Shown here piece by piece: positions 1-10,595 of a stretch of 64,000 nucleotides of DNA (within the stretch, counting starts at the first letter, position 1; each line of letters begins with the position of its first letter). The stretch comes from Escherichia phage SME50. The position numbers and the translations under genes were made by a program. The stretch lies in sequence record MT887289.1. The stretch is one strand, 5' to 3'. The notes below the pieces were generated by a model. It was not told the DNA's origin. It worked only from the letters and a program-made list of their open reading frames with translations, and ran no database searches.

Positions 1-2259
1 ATGACCTATCAAGACTTCTTAGCTTCTTTCAAACTAGAAAGGTTTGTTCAGATTGCTGGGAGCACTATGACGGGGGATTTAGGTATTGTCAAGTTACTTT
101 ACGGTGGTAAGGCTGTATTTGACCCAACAGATTCTTCTGAGATTACTATTGGGGATATTTTAAAGACTTTTAAAATTAACTCAAATGGTCTTAAACTCAC
201 TATTGCAGATGCTTCAAGGTCGGCAACTGTTTATCATACTTTGAATAAACCAAGCCCTAATGAACTTGGTATGAGAACTAATGAAGAGAATGATGCAAGA
301 TATGCAAGGCTTGCTGTCACAAATAACTTCAGCATTAGGCAAGCAATCGTAACTGATGGTGAGCAGTTAACTCTTAAGAAGGCAACCAATGCAGGTGCTT
401 CATATATTCAAGGTAGAGATGCTAATAATCAGCAAACTTGGTATGTTGGACAGGGAAATGCAAACAGTACTAATGTTTATTTGTACAATCATGCTACTGG
501 TGCAATGTTAACCCTTGATGCAACAGCAGCATTTAATAAGTCACTTAGAATCACTGGTCAAGTCCAACCTTCAGATTTCTCTAACTTAGATGCTAGATAC
601 TTTACTCAGACAGTCGCTAATCAGAGATTTGCACAGTTAGCTGGTAATAACACTTTTACAGGTGCTAATACATTTAGGACTATGAGTATTATCTCAAATG
701 CTGCTGCTATCACACTACAATGTGCATCAGCAAATGAATCTCTGTATCTACTTGCAAAAGATTATCAAGGTGGTAACTTATGGTATGTTGGTAAAGGTAG
801 CTCAGGTGATGGTGTCACTATCTACAACTATACCACTAACACCTCTTTGGTCTTAGATGCTGCTGGAGTATCAGCAAATAAAAATGTCAGAATCACTGGT
901 CAAGTTCAACCTTCAGATTGGACTAACATTGACTCTAGATATATTCCGGCAGCTACTTTAAGTACGATTGCAAGAACTAATGCACAAAATACTTTTAATG
1001 GTGTGCAGAAAGTTGTTACGGATAATGAAGCCCTAATTGTGAAAAACTCCACTCAGAACAGACCATTGTATATTCGTGGTGTGGATACTGCTAATGTTTC
1101 AAGGTGGTGGGTGGGTGTTGGTGGTGCAGACAGCAATGATGTGACACTGAATAATAGCTTCTCTGGCACTCAGTTAGTTTTAGGTAACTCTTCTGCTTAT
1201 ATCAATAAGACACTGTCTCTAGCTGGACAGATTCAACCTTCAGATTGGTCTAACTTAGATGCTAGATACTATACCCAATCTACCGCAAACTCTAGGTATA
1301 TGCTTGCTTACTCTTCTGGCAGTGGTACAGAGGTGGGTGAGAGTGATGGTATTGTTTGGAATGCTAAAACTGGTCTGTATAATGTGTATAATAAATCTGG
1401 TGGCTCAACACAGTTAGTCTACCATATGTATCAGGGTTCAAGTTCTACACCATCTGCACAGTTTAAGTTTATCTACAGGAATGGTGGTATTTTTTACAGG
1501 ACAGCACGAGATGGGTATGGTTTTGAGCAGGCATGGGCTAAAATCTATACAGACCAAGATAAACCAACCCCTTCAGAAATTGGTGCATACACTAAAGCTG
1601 AAACTGACCAGAAGATTGCAGAAGCAATTAGTGACTCTACAGACCTGAATAAAATCTATCCAGTAGGTATTGTAACGTGGTTTAACAGTAATGTTAACCC
1701 TAATACAGCACTTCCTGGTCTAACTTGGACGTACCTGAATAATGGTGTTGGTAGAACTATTAGAATTGCAGCAGCAAACGGTTCAGATGTTGCTACAACT
1801 GGTGGTTCAGATTCTGTAACACTATCTGTTGGTAACTTACCTTCACACACGCATAGTTTCTCTGCTACCACTTCATCATTTGATTATGGTACTAAGACGA
1901 CAAATACGACTGGCAACCATGCTCATGATAGAGGTAACATGGAAATTTCTGGTGTGTTTGGTTGGTTCAGAAGTGATAACGGTGCATTCTACACTGCTAG
2001 TGGTGCATTTGTGATGGGTGGTAGTCAGGCTTCGCATGGCTTCACAGGCTCTAACTTCACTTATGGTGCGCCTGTTGATTTCCACGCGTCAAGAACTTGG
2101 ACAGGTGTAACCAACACGACTGGTAACCACGCCCACAGTGTAGGTATTGGCGCTCACAGCCACACAGTTAGTGGTAACACAGGTGGTACTGGTTCTGGTT
2201 CAGCATTTAGTGTTACTAACCAGTTCTATAAGCTAATGGCTTGGGTAAGGACTGCTTAA
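1..2259 (+). CDS. tail fiber / receptor-binding fiber protein (may be 5'-truncated by window edge)
   Basis: 752 aa; three internal repeats of the ITGQVQPSD(F/W)xN(L/I)D(A/S)RY type; C-terminal HxH motifs (GNHAHDRG, GNHAHSVGIGAHSH) typical of phage fiber tips; Gly/Ser/Thr/Asn-rich. Confidence 0.6.
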   Translation: MTYQDFLASFKLERFVQIAGSTMTGDLGIVKLLYGGKAVFDPTDSSEITIGDILKTFKINSNGLKLTIADASRSATVYHTLNKPSPNELGMRTNEENDARYARLAVTNNFSIRQAIVTDGEQLTLKKATNAGASYIQGRDANNQQTWYVGQGNANSTNVYLYNHATGAMLTLDATAAFNKSLRITGQVQPSDFSNLDARYFTQTVANQRFAQLAGNNTFTGANTFRTMSIISNAAAITLQCASANESLYLLAKDYQGGNLWYVGKGSSGDGVTIYNYTTNTSLVLDAAGVSANKNVRITGQVQPSDWTNIDSRYIPAATLSTIARTNAQNTFNGVQKVVTDNEALIVKNSTQNRPLYIRGVDTANVSRWWVGVGGADSNDVTLNNSFSGTQLVLGNSSAYINKTLSLAGQIQPSDWSNLDARYYTQSTANSRYMLAYSSGSGTEVGESDGIVWNAKTGLYNVYNKSGGSTQLVYHMYQGSSSTPSAQFKFIYRNGGIFYRTARDGYGFEQAWAKIYTDQDKPTPSEIGAYTKAETDQKIAEAISDSTDLNKIYPVGIVTWFNSNVNPNTALPGLTWTYLNNGVGRTIRIAAANGSDVATTGGSDSVTLSVGNLPSHTHSFSATTSSFDYGTKTTNTTGNHAHDRGNMEISGVFGWFRSDNGAFYTASGAFVMGGSQASHGFTGSNFTYGAPVDFHASRTWTGVTNTTGNHAHSVGIGAHSHTVSGNTGGTGSGSAFSVTNQFYKLMAWVRTA

Positions 2260-2338
2260 TCCCTTGTTGACTGATTGTTAAGATGGTGTTAATATTCTTT
2301 ATGGGTATTCTCACCATCTTGGCTGATGAGGTGATTAA

Positions 2339-2536
2339 ATGCCTACAATCCTAGCAATTCTTCTAAAAAATCTAGGTAGCTTCTTCTGGAAACTCATTTT
2401 ATCCCTTCTAAGTGAATACATGATTGAGAAAGTGTTCTTTAGGCTTGCAAGATACCTTGCGAGTAAGACAGACACACCTATTGATGATGAGTTCGTAGAT
2501 AACTTAGAAAAAGCTTTTAAGGGGGAGAATAAATGA
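2339..2536 (+). CDS. small hydrophobic protein
   Basis: 65 aa ORF immediately downstream of fiber gene; N-terminal hydrophobic segment. Confidence 0.35.
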   Translation: MPTILAILLKNLGSFFWKLILSLLSEYMIEKVFFRLARYLASKTDTPIDDEFVDNLEKAFKGENK

Positions 2537-2904
2537 AGTGGCTAGAGGAAGCTTTTAAAAATAATATTGGTGCAATTGTAGTTGGTATTTTTAGTGTTAT
2601 TGGGATGTATACCACCATGCAAGTCTCGGAAGGTAAACAAGAAGTGTCTATCACAACAAAATTACAGCAGTTAGATAATTATTCCAAAAGTAATTATTCA
2701 GCTATTCGTGATTTACAGTCTGATATGAGGCTGCTTCAGCTAGGGATGGAGAACCAGAAAGTCCAGTTAGAGAATGTTAAGGGTGAGAACGCAAAACTTA
2801 CTAAGACTCTTGATAAATTCTCTGATAGTGTGAACAATCTGGCTCAATCAGTATCAGCCCTCCAAGCTATTACTGAAAAGAACACAAAGAATACTGAAAA
2901 GTAA
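2533..2904 (+). CDS. membrane-anchored coiled-coil protein
   Basis: 123 aa; 4-nt overlap with upstream ORF; one predicted TM (IGAIVVGIFSVIGMY) then heptad-like Q/L-rich region. Confidence 0.45.
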   Translation: MKWLEEAFKNNIGAIVVGIFSVIGMYTTMQVSEGKQEVSITTKLQQLDNYSKSNYSAIRDLQSDMRLLQLGMENQKVQLENVKGENAKLTKTLDKFSDSVNNLAQSVSALQAITEKNTKNTEK

Positions 2905-2908
2905 AGTT

Positions 2909-2941
2909 TAAGGCTCCCGTAAAAAGGAGCCTTTTTTGTTT
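2909..2941 (+). terminator. intrinsic terminator hairpin between convergent genes
   Basis: aaggctcccgtaaaaaggagcctt followed by ttttgtttt. Confidence 0.6.
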
Positions 2942-3840
2942 TATTTACCTACTGACAAAGGTGCTTCAATCTTTCCTGCATGTTGGTAGTTGTTAATACC
3001 ACCAATAAAGTCACTTGCAGTGAGATGTTTTAAGTCACTTAAAGTGTTAAGTGGGATACCAATTTCAAAAGTAGGTGCATGAAACTCTTCATTATTCATC
3101 AGTTCATAAACCTGCTTCATATGATTCTGATAAATCTGAGTATCTCCAAAGACACCTATCAAGTACCGTGGAGTGTATCCAGTCATCTTGCAAAGAACTT
3201 CCAGAATAAAACCATAAGACGCAATGTTAAAGGGAAGTCCTAAAAAGGTGTCTACAGAACGCTGATACCATTGTAAGTCAACTTCACCCTCGTTAGTGAT
3301 ATAAATCTGAAACAGAACATGACAAGGTGCTAAAGCCATTGAGTTTGCTGCAATATCTGCTGCATTCCAAGCATTAACAAGCATGTAACGGTCTGTGATA
3401 TCACCCTTCATCTTTGTTACTAAGGTCTCTAACTGGTCTACAACACAACCATTATGACCTTCAAAGTTTCTCCACTGAACCCCATAGATTCTTCCACCTG
3501 CATCTTCTAACCAATCTTGTTCAGAAGAATAATTAGAGCTTAACCAGCGTTTAAAATCATCTGACCAGATAGTCCAGCGTTCTCCGTCATTTTCACCCCA
3601 AGTGCGGTAACGGAGTTCACCAAGCTTATTCTCTCCATTCAGGAACCATAAAGCTTCCCCAATAACTTGCCGTGTAAACACCTGTTTAGATGTTAAGAGT
3701 GGGAAACCAGTTCGCATATCAAAACGAAACTGAGGTGGAGCAAATGCAGAGATAACATCTCCAGTTCGTGTAGTACGCAGTTCACCGACGGATAAAACAT
3801 GGTTCAGGATATTTTTGTAACTTGAATCTGCTTGTGACAT
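2941..3840 (-). CDS. thyA: thymidylate synthase
   Basis: 299 aa; active-site LAPCHVLFQ motif and overall ThyA-like sequence. Confidence 0.9.
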   Translation of the reverse strand: MSQADSSYKNILNHVLSVGELRTTRTGDVISAFAPPQFRFDMRTGFPLLTSKQVFTRQVIGEALWFLNGENKLGELRYRTWGENDGERWTIWSDDFKRWLSSNYSSEQDWLEDAGGRIYGVQWRNFEGHNGCVVDQLETLVTKMKGDITDRYMLVNAWNAADIAANSMALAPCHVLFQIYITNEGEVDLQWYQRSVDTFLGLPFNIASYGFILEVLCKMTGYTPRYLIGVFGDTQIYQNHMKQVYELMNNEEFHAPTFEIGIPLNTLSDLKHLTASDFIGGINNYQHAGKIEAPLSVGK

Positions 3841-3841
3841 A

Positions 3842-4387
3842 TCAAAAGTGTCCTTTTACTTGTGGAACATAAATTTCAAAAGTTGCTTTACCATCCTCTG
3901 ATGGTTTTGACTGTACCTTTGTAAATACACGACCATCATACAACTTCTCGAAGAAGTTTTCAAAAGGTAAATGCACAGTGACCTCTTCAGTAACTTTATG
4001 GAAAACTGTATGGAACACTACATCAGCATACGGTAAAGCATTGACAAGGACACCTGCACCACCAATTACAAAGACATCTTCATCAATAGAGCTATCAAGA
4101 TACTTCAAAAATGCTCCAAATGATTCTTTACTGGCTTTAGCATACATTACATCATCTTTTCCAAAGTCTATGCCTAAGTATGGTACAGAGTTTGTTAAGA
4201 TGAGGTTTGCACGTTCTGGTAAAGGTTTACTACCCAGAGTCTTAAAAGTCTCATTCCCCATTACTACTAAGTTGTTTTTAGTGAGTCTCTTAAACTCTTG
4301 CATGTCCTGTTTATGTCGAGGCCACGGCATACCAGTTGGAGTACCAAACTCACCATTTTCACCACTTGCAAAGATTAATTTAATCAT
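3842..4387 (-). CDS. folA: dihydrofolate reductase
   Basis: 181 aa; N-terminus MIKLIFA...GMPW and VMGNETF motif resemble DHFR; adjacent to thyA. Confidence 0.8.
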   Translation of the reverse strand: MIKLIFASGENGEFGTPTGMPWPRHKQDMQEFKRLTKNNLVVMGNETFKTLGSKPLPERANLILTNSVPYLGIDFGKDDVMYAKASKESFGAFLKYLDSSIDEDVFVIGGAGVLVNALPYADVVFHTVFHKVTEEVTVHLPFENFFEKLYDGRVFTKVQSKPSEDGKATFEIYVPQVKGHF

Positions 4388-4644
4388 TTTATAAATCCTT
4401 TCTTAATGAACCAGTTGATAACATTCTTCACAGCTTTATTGCTATGGTAGATTAAGTGTGGTGTAGGCTGGTATGAGCCATAGGCCCAGAATGATAGATG
4501 CTCACCACAACCAACACATGTAGTACTTTCTTCAGCTATATGACCATTAACAATCACATGAACTTCACCTTGCAAGTCTGTACACCCACAATGTGGACAA
4601 CGGATAGGTGTTCCATCAGACTCATAGCAGTGTTCAATTTTCAT
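4384..4644 (-). CDS. zinc-ribbon protein
   Basis: 86 aa; CPHCGC...CVGCGEH cysteine pairs. Confidence 0.4.
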   Translation of the reverse strand: MKIEHCYESDGTPIRCPHCGCTDLQGEVHVIVNGHIAEESTTCVGCGEHLSFWAYGSYQPTPHLIYHSNKAVKNVINWFIKKGFIK

Positions 4645-5160
4645 TTATTTAACCTCAAAAACTGGTTCAAGAACCAATATAAAGTCTACACAGTCATCTT
4701 CTTCATCCAGAATACCATCAAAGTTCTTAGGAACGAAGTCGAAGAGGCTCATAACAAAACAGTCAGAAGTAACCCTAATAGTGCCTCCCATATTCTCTAC
4801 AGTCAACACTGTACGACTTTCTTTTACCTCTCGCAGAAGATTGCTCACAAAGTCATCTAAGAAGTACTTCATCAGTGACTTAAAACCTTTAGGGTAATCT
4901 GTACCAGAGTATGTTTCAATCTGAGGTACAAGCTTAACATTTATGCTAGTCTTCGTTAAGAACGTGCTAGAAAACATACTATCAGGTAACTTACAAACAG
5001 TCTTTCCAGTACCCTCATGTTCAATCTCAACAAAACCAGCTTCATCACCACATGTAACTATTTTAAAAGATGCTTCATTCTCACACTGTGAAGCCATAAA
5101 CTTTTTAAGCATCACTTTAAGGAAATCTGCATGAGCATCTTGTAAGTAGATATCAATCAT
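4645..5160 (-). CDS. hypothetical protein
   Basis: 171 aa ORF in tightly packed minus-strand operon. Confidence 0.5.
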   Translation of the reverse strand: MIDIYLQDAHADFLKVMLKKFMASQCENEASFKIVTCGDEAGFVEIEHEGTGKTVCKLPDSMFSSTFLTKTSINVKLVPQIETYSGTDYPKGFKSLMKYFLDDFVSNLLREVKESRTVLTVENMGGTIRVTSDCFVMSLFDFVPKNFDGILDEEDDCVDFILVLEPVFEVK

Positions 5161-5173
5161 AGTTAATCACCTA

Positions 5174-5533
5174 TTATGGGAACAGACACTTGATGTCATC
5201 ATTTTTGAAAACGAAGCTTGTGTAGTTGTGACCGTCAACATCCAGCCAAACAGCCTGAACATCTACACCATCAAGATTGTGGTAAAGCTCTTTGATGAAG
5301 TGGTCTTTCACAATCTGACTGCTAGTTGTTTCCAGCTTAATGTTTGAGATTGCTGAACCTACAGCCATATAACCCATGACACGTTTCTTCTCAGTATGCT
5401 TAATCTTACCATCTTTGTAAGCCATAATGAGATTGGAAAGAATCTTTACACCATAATACTTTTCAAGGTGAGTCGGTACACCATAAAAACCTAATGCGAA
5501 GTTTTCAGAGTGGATAATGTTTTCACGTTTCAT
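5174..5533 (-). CDS. hypothetical protein
   Basis: 119 aa ORF. Confidence 0.45.
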   Translation of the reverse strand: MKRENIIHSENFALGFYGVPTHLEKYYGVKILSNLIMAYKDGKIKHTEKKRVMGYMAVGSAISNIKLETTSSQIVKDHFIKELYHNLDGVDVQAVWLDVDGHNYTSFVFKNDDIKCLFP

Positions 5534-5534
5534 A

Positions 5535-5864
5535 TTAATCTGCCAGCCTTAAATTAAAATTAACACCAAATTTTTCACATACTTCCAACATAAACTCAAG
5601 AGAGACATTACCAGTGAGATTAATTATGTTGGATACACGAGCCTGAGAGATACCACAAATTTTAGCAACTTGCTCTTGAGAAAGACCTCTAGATTTAATC
5701 TCTCTCTTAAAACGATGTGCAACGAAATCTCTCATTTCGTCTACATCCATTGGACAAATATAACTCTCCATTTCAGCCTCTCTGTCAGCCTCCCAATCAT
5801 CTTGTGGAGCATAAGGGTCAAAAACCTCATTCATCTTTCTTCTTCCGTTTACGTGAAGTGTCAA
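5535..5864 (-). CDS. helix-turn-helix DNA-binding protein (XRE-like)
   Basis: 109 aa; LSQEQVAKICGISQARVSNI resembles XRE-family HTH. Confidence 0.5.
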   Translation of the reverse strand: MTLHVNGRRKMNEVFDPYAPQDDWEADREAEMESYICPMDVDEMRDFVAHRFKREIKSRGLSQEQVAKICGISQARVSNIINLTGNVSLEFMLEVCEKFGVNFNLRLAD

Positions 5865-6040
5865 GCAATGAATCTATGTTTGTAGCCCTAACCTTTTCAC
5901 GTTCATCGTTAAGATAATCGTCAAGAGCCTTTTCAATCTGTGAATCATCTTGACAGATAACTGTAAAGACTGTAAAGCCATCTGTATCATCAATTATCTT
6001 ACCATAGCCGCTTCTGGGATGTAACTTTTTAAGAGCCATA

Positions 6041-6424
6041 TCAAATACCTGTGCAGCTTCTGTTTTCTAAGAAATACTCAACACCATACATAGCTTTTTG
6101 CATCAAATCTTCTTTAAACTGAATACGATGATTGAGCATAGCCTGTACATCAATATCATCATGGTGCTTCTCTTTAATATTTGCAGATTGCAGGAAATAC
6201 TCTGCAAGAACGCGATATTGATAGTCAGTTACCTTATCAGTCATCTCTGTTAAAGACTCTTCAGAGATTGGTTTAAGTAACTCACCATTAGCCAAAGCAA
6301 CACCTTTAACAATCTGACAAGTGTCTTCTGGAACACCTGATAAGTCCACATTTGGAAGTTCTGTTGCATTGACTGGTAAATTCATTGCCATAACCATTGA
6401 AGCGGCTAATAAAATCTTTTTCAT
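6041..6424 (-). CDS. secreted/periplasmic protein
   Basis: 127 aa; N-terminal signal peptide MKKILLAASMVMAMNLPVNA. Confidence 0.5.
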   Translation of the reverse strand: MKKILLAASMVMAMNLPVNATELPNVDLSGVPEDTCQIVKGVALANGELLKPISEESLTEMTDKVTDYQYRVLAEYFLQSANIKEKHHDDIDVQAMLNHRIQFKEDLMQKAMYGVEYFLENRSCTGI

Positions 6425-6510
6425 GATGACCTCAAAGTTATATTAAATTTTGTATTACGTTGAGTATAAAAATAAGCTATAACACCTGACTTGTCAACAG
6501 ATTTTATAGC

Positions 6511-6959
6511 TTATTTGGCAGATTTTTTATAAGGCTACTGCCATCCTTCCATACTTTACCGAACATCACCCTACTGAACCCGACCCTACCTCACCCGACC
6601 CAACCGAACCGTACCGAGCACAGCCTTATTAAAAGACCCTGTTTAAAGACCTTTTAAAAAGGTAAGTCTCATTTTAATGTAGCTGAGACTAACTACCCGC
6701 ACCGAACCTCACCTGACCTGACCGCACCCGACCTCACCGCGCCATGCCATACCATACCTCACTTAAAAACCCTTTTCAAAGACTCTTAAGTGATGTAATC
6801 GAATTTTAATGTAGCTCCGATTAACTACCCATACTTTACCTAACCCGACCGCACCTAACCCGACCTGACCCTACCAGACCCCACCTAGCTAAACCTTATT
6901 AAAAGACCCTGTTTAAAGACCTTTTAAAAAGGAGCCTCCGAAGAGGCTGCCTAGTCAAC
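6511..6959. repeat. repeat locus 1: conserved hairpins plus (NNACC)n pentanucleotide arrays
   Basis: three C/A-rich 5-bp periodic arrays (e.g. cgacc ctacc tcacc cgacc caacc gaacc gtacc); conserved blocks ccttattaaaagaccctgtttaaagaccttttaaaaagg; hairpins agtctca-ttttaatgtagc-tgagact and aatcg-ttttaatgtagc-cgatt (compensatory stem changes). Confidence 0.8.
6921..6951 (-). terminator. intrinsic terminator (minus strand) after gene 6960..7400
   Basis: ggagcctccgaagaggctgcc hairpin with T-run on minus strand. Confidence 0.5.
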
Positions 6960-7400
6960 TTAGAAAGGTTTTCTACGTTGCTTGTTAATATTAGCTTTCA
7001 TAGCAGCTAAGTGGTTTTGCTGTTCAATTAGTCGTGAACGTTCTTGGTGGCTAAGTGCCATAGTATTCACATTCTCAATCGCTTGAGTGGCTTGCTTTAA
7101 AGCACGACCAATCTTACCAGACATTTTACGTTTTGCAATAGTTGCTTGATGCTTAGGTTCAACCACACGATAACCAACACCCATTGAAGCAACCAGATAA
7201 ATCTTCTCTTCTTTAAGAAGCTTTTCAATAAACTTCTCAAGTCGGTTTAGACGTGTAAGTGCATAAGCCTTCATTTCATCTTCGTACTTAACAATGTCAC
7301 CTTGATAAGTTGGCTTCACAATACCTAAGAAGGTGTCCATCTCAGAATGTGATACAGTGTCACCGTAACTAAACTTTGCTGCTAATGCTTTTGTATTCAT
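6960..7400 (-). CDS. hypothetical protein
   Basis: 146 aa; flanked by the two homologous repeat loci. Confidence 0.5.
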   Translation of the reverse strand: MNTKALAAKFSYGDTVSHSEMDTFLGIVKPTYQGDIVKYEDEMKAYALTRLNRLEKFIEKLLKEEKIYLVASMGVGYRVVEPKHQATIAKRKMSGKIGRALKQATQAIENVNTMALSHQERSRLIEQQNHLAAMKANINKQRRKPF

Positions 7401-7402
7401 AA

Positions 7403-8008
<606 letters not shown>

Positions 8009-8057
8009 TTAGTTTATTGTTAAGTTGTTTGTAAAGAACCCTCAACAGAAGACTCTT

Positions 8058-8400
8058 TAGAAACTTGGTAGATTTTTAACGTGGCTACTACCATCCACCC
8101 ATACCTCACATCACCATACTATACCTGACCGGACCTAACCAAACTCCACAGCACCATACATCACATCACACAACCTTATTAAAAGACCCTCTTCAAAGAC
8201 CTTTTAAAAAGGTAAGTCTCATTTTAATGTAGCTGAGACTAACTACCCATACTGTACCGCACCTGACCCGACCTGACCAGACCTAACATTACCGTGCAAC
8301 ACCGTACCGAACAGAACATTGCCATACCTCGCATCACTTAAAAACCCTCTTAGAAGACTCTTAAGTGATGCTGGTGAGTACCCGTGGGTCTATGCTGCTC
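8058..8400. repeat. repeat locus 2 (homologous to locus 1)
   Basis: hairpin tggtag...ctacca (locus 1 has tggcag...ctgcca); (NNACC)n arrays; same conserved block caaccttattaaaagaccctcttcaaagaccttttaaaaaggtaagtctcattttaatgtagctgagactaactaccc. Confidence 0.8.
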
Positions 8401-8434
8401 AGTATACTCACCAAATTTTCTATGTCAACAACTT

Positions 8435-9574
8435 TTATTCATAATCTCGTATAACCAGCCCAACAGGGAACTGTAAAGACCCCTTACGAGTCATCTTCTG
8501 GAACTGAACAGTTAAAGGTTTCCCGATAAACTCTTCAGGATGTTCAGCAAGATACTGTTTCTTCTCGTGTGTAGTTTTCCATGAGACATCTACAAAGACG
8601 TTAGGAAGAGTCTCTACAACGAACTTGCCATGACCACGCTTATCAGTCTTTACACCAGTCACTTTAAACTCTTCAGTGTGCATCTTCTTGTGCTTAATCA
8701 AGAAGTATGAACGGTGACAACACTCATAGAAGGAGTCTTCAGAGATTGAACGGTACATTGCACCTTCAAACTTAGCTTCAACCCACTTATCATGAGCTTC
8801 ATCAAACTCTTCCCAAGAATTTACACGACGAGACTTAACAGGGATAACTTTACAGCCATCTCTAAAGTCATTCAATGGTGAAGTCTCAATAATATCTCTA
8901 CGCTCAGGCCACGTCTTAGTACTGTCACAGATATCGTACCAGTAAAATTTGAGCAAGTGTCTGTCAGGATTGTCTTCATTTTTAATCATGGAGACGATAT
9001 CTTCTAAGTCCCACCCATGAGCATAAATCTCTCCATCAAATTCATCAACATCTTTGTGGAGCCTTAACATTGCCATAATGTCAGGTATTAGCTCAGTAGG
9101 TATTTTATAAACAGTATTCTCACGAGAGTATGCTGTAAATACACTACCAATGCTTAAGTGCCTTGAAATCCTACAACGGACACCATCAAGTTTCGGTTGA
9201 GCATCAGCAGGGAACTTCAGATACTTTGCATGACTAACCTTTGCAGCATCATGAGCAAGCTGTACACCCACCTTCTCAGTATTCTGTGCAGACTCTTTTG
9301 TGTAAGCATAACCTTTGCGGTCAACCTGCTTTTTATACTTTGCAGCAACTTCAAAGAGAGCTTGCTGTTCAGCGTTACGCTCATTCTTTTTACCGATGTT
9401 TTTAGGTTCTGCTGTATACTCTTCAAACATCATCTTGCCATTTTCTTTACCGTAGGTTGTAATAACTTTGTCACCTACAGCTACACATGACCAGACGTTG
9501 AAAGAGCCGTCTTTATTTTGTTTGTACAGTATTGTCATTTTATTCCTCTGAGTGATACCAAGTATTGCAAGCAT
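8435..9574 (-). CDS. ATP-dependent DNA ligase
   Basis: 379 aa; motif I KxDGxR present as PKLDGVRC; size like T7-type ligases. Confidence 0.65.
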   Translation of the reverse strand: MLAILGITQRNKMTILYKQNKDGSFNVWSCVAVGDKVITTYGKENGKMMFEEYTAEPKNIGKKNERNAEQQALFEVAAKYKKQVDRKGYAYTKESAQNTEKVGVQLAHDAAKVSHAKYLKFPADAQPKLDGVRCRISRHLSIGSVFTAYSRENTVYKIPTELIPDIMAMLRLHKDVDEFDGEIYAHGWDLEDIVSMIKNEDNPDRHLLKFYWYDICDSTKTWPERRDIIETSPLNDFRDGCKVIPVKSRRVNSWEEFDEAHDKWVEAKFEGAMYRSISEDSFYECCHRSYFLIKHKKMHTEEFKVTGVKTDKRGHGKFVVETLPNVFVDVSWKTTHEKKQYLAEHPEEFIGKPLTVQFQKMTRKGSLQFPVGLVIRDYE

Positions 9575-9731
9575 TACATGCGTAAAGCTCTAAGTCATTT
9601 TTATCTGGTTTATGAAAACAGTTTGCTCCGCAGTGGCAACGAAACGGCTTTCCACCAACTGTCAGGATGAAAGATTGAACCTTTCCATCAGGAGTTCGTA
9701 CAGCATTTTTATGCTTATCTTCTTTGTTCAT
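9540..9731 (-). CDS. small zinc-finger protein
   Basis: 63 aa; CHCGANCFH...CNACNTWYH. Confidence 0.35.
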   Translation of the reverse strand: MNKEDKHKNAVRTPDGKVQSFILTVGGKPFRCHCGANCFHKPDKNDLELYACNACNTWYHSEE

Positions 9732-10033
9732 TTTCTCTTACCACCAATCTCTACGTCAATAACCTGAACATCACCAGCAACATCAAACTTGTGAATGATG
9801 CTTTCCACAGTGTAAGTCCAACCCTCGATGCGAACCAATTCACCTTCTCGTGGAACTATTGGGTTACGTTGAGCTACGGTTGTAGTGGAGTGAACAACAT
9901 CATAACAATAGATATAGTTTACTAGGACTTCCATCGTGAAAACCTCACTCAATAACCGTAGTGTGCGATTGACCATTTTTGCCATAGCTATAAGATGTTG
10001 TTGTTTGAGAATTTGGACATCTGACAACAACAA
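9728..10033 (-). CDS. hypothetical protein
   Basis: 101 aa; overlaps lipoprotein ORF in another frame. Confidence 0.3.
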   Translation of the reverse strand: MLLSDVQILKQQHLIAMAKMVNRTLRLLSEVFTMEVLVNYIYCYDVVHSTTTVAQRNPIVPREGELVRIEGWTYTVESIIHKFDVAGDVQVIDVEIGGKRK

Positions 10034-10205
10034 TATCTCTGCTTATGGCATCACCATGTAACTTATAGACTTTGCAATCTTGCATCTCTGGTGGGAGGCT
10101 ATAAGAAGCGTTTTTGTCCTCGTAAGAGGGATTGCAGCCAGATAGAAAGATAACACTAAGCACAATTACTGCTTTCCACATAATACTTCTCCCATTACTG
10201 TTCAC
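9945..10205 (-). CDS. small lipoprotein
   Basis: 86 aa; signal peptide with lipobox LSGC (MWKAVIVLSVIFLSGCN). Confidence 0.45.
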   Translation of the reverse strand: MNSNGRSIMWKAVIVLSVIFLSGCNPSYEDKNASYSLPPEMQDCKVYKLHGDAISRDIVVVRCPNSQTTTSYSYGKNGQSHTTVIE

Positions 10206-10367
10206 GATGTTCTACTTCTCTGTACGTTCGTCGATAGTTTATAATAAGCTGTGCTAACTCGTTGCTTTTAACATCTGAACGTAGAAGTTGCCAATCAAAA
10301 CCTTTGCCGACTCTTCCATATAAACTAAAGAATTTTACTTTGCGTTTCATTTTGGTATCTCCAGTAC

Positions 10368-10595
10368 TCAGATGTCAATGCTAATACGTTCACCTTTAAG
10401 GACTCCTGTACGGTCCCTTGCAATCTTACCGTCAACAATAAGGATATGCGCAGACCTTAAAGACTCACTATTAAAACCTTTTACGAACTTGCTGGGCATC
10501 ACCACAATAAGCATCTCTTGAATCAGCTCTGGAGTATAGCAATTGTCGTGAAGTTGCTGAATAACGTCTGAAAGTGTCATTTTTGATGTCTCCAA
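10368..10595 (-). CDS. small protein, paralog A
   Basis: 75 aa; shares LIV(D/A)GKIA(R/K)D(R/K)TG(V/Y)LKGER(I/V) C-terminal block with ORF 10783..11001. Confidence 0.45.
   Translation of the reverse strand: METSKMTLSDVIQQLHDNCYTPELIQEMLIVVMPSKFVKGFNSESLRSAHILIVDGKIARDRTGVLKGERISIDI

Noticed and set aside
1656-2085. Short ORFs on both strands inside the tail fiber gene
   Set aside because: Fully contained within a long ORF that has repeat structure and fiber motifs.
3978-4394. Plus-strand 138-aa ORF antisense to the DHFR gene
   Set aside because: DHFR identity is clear on the minus strand; antisense ORF lacks start context.
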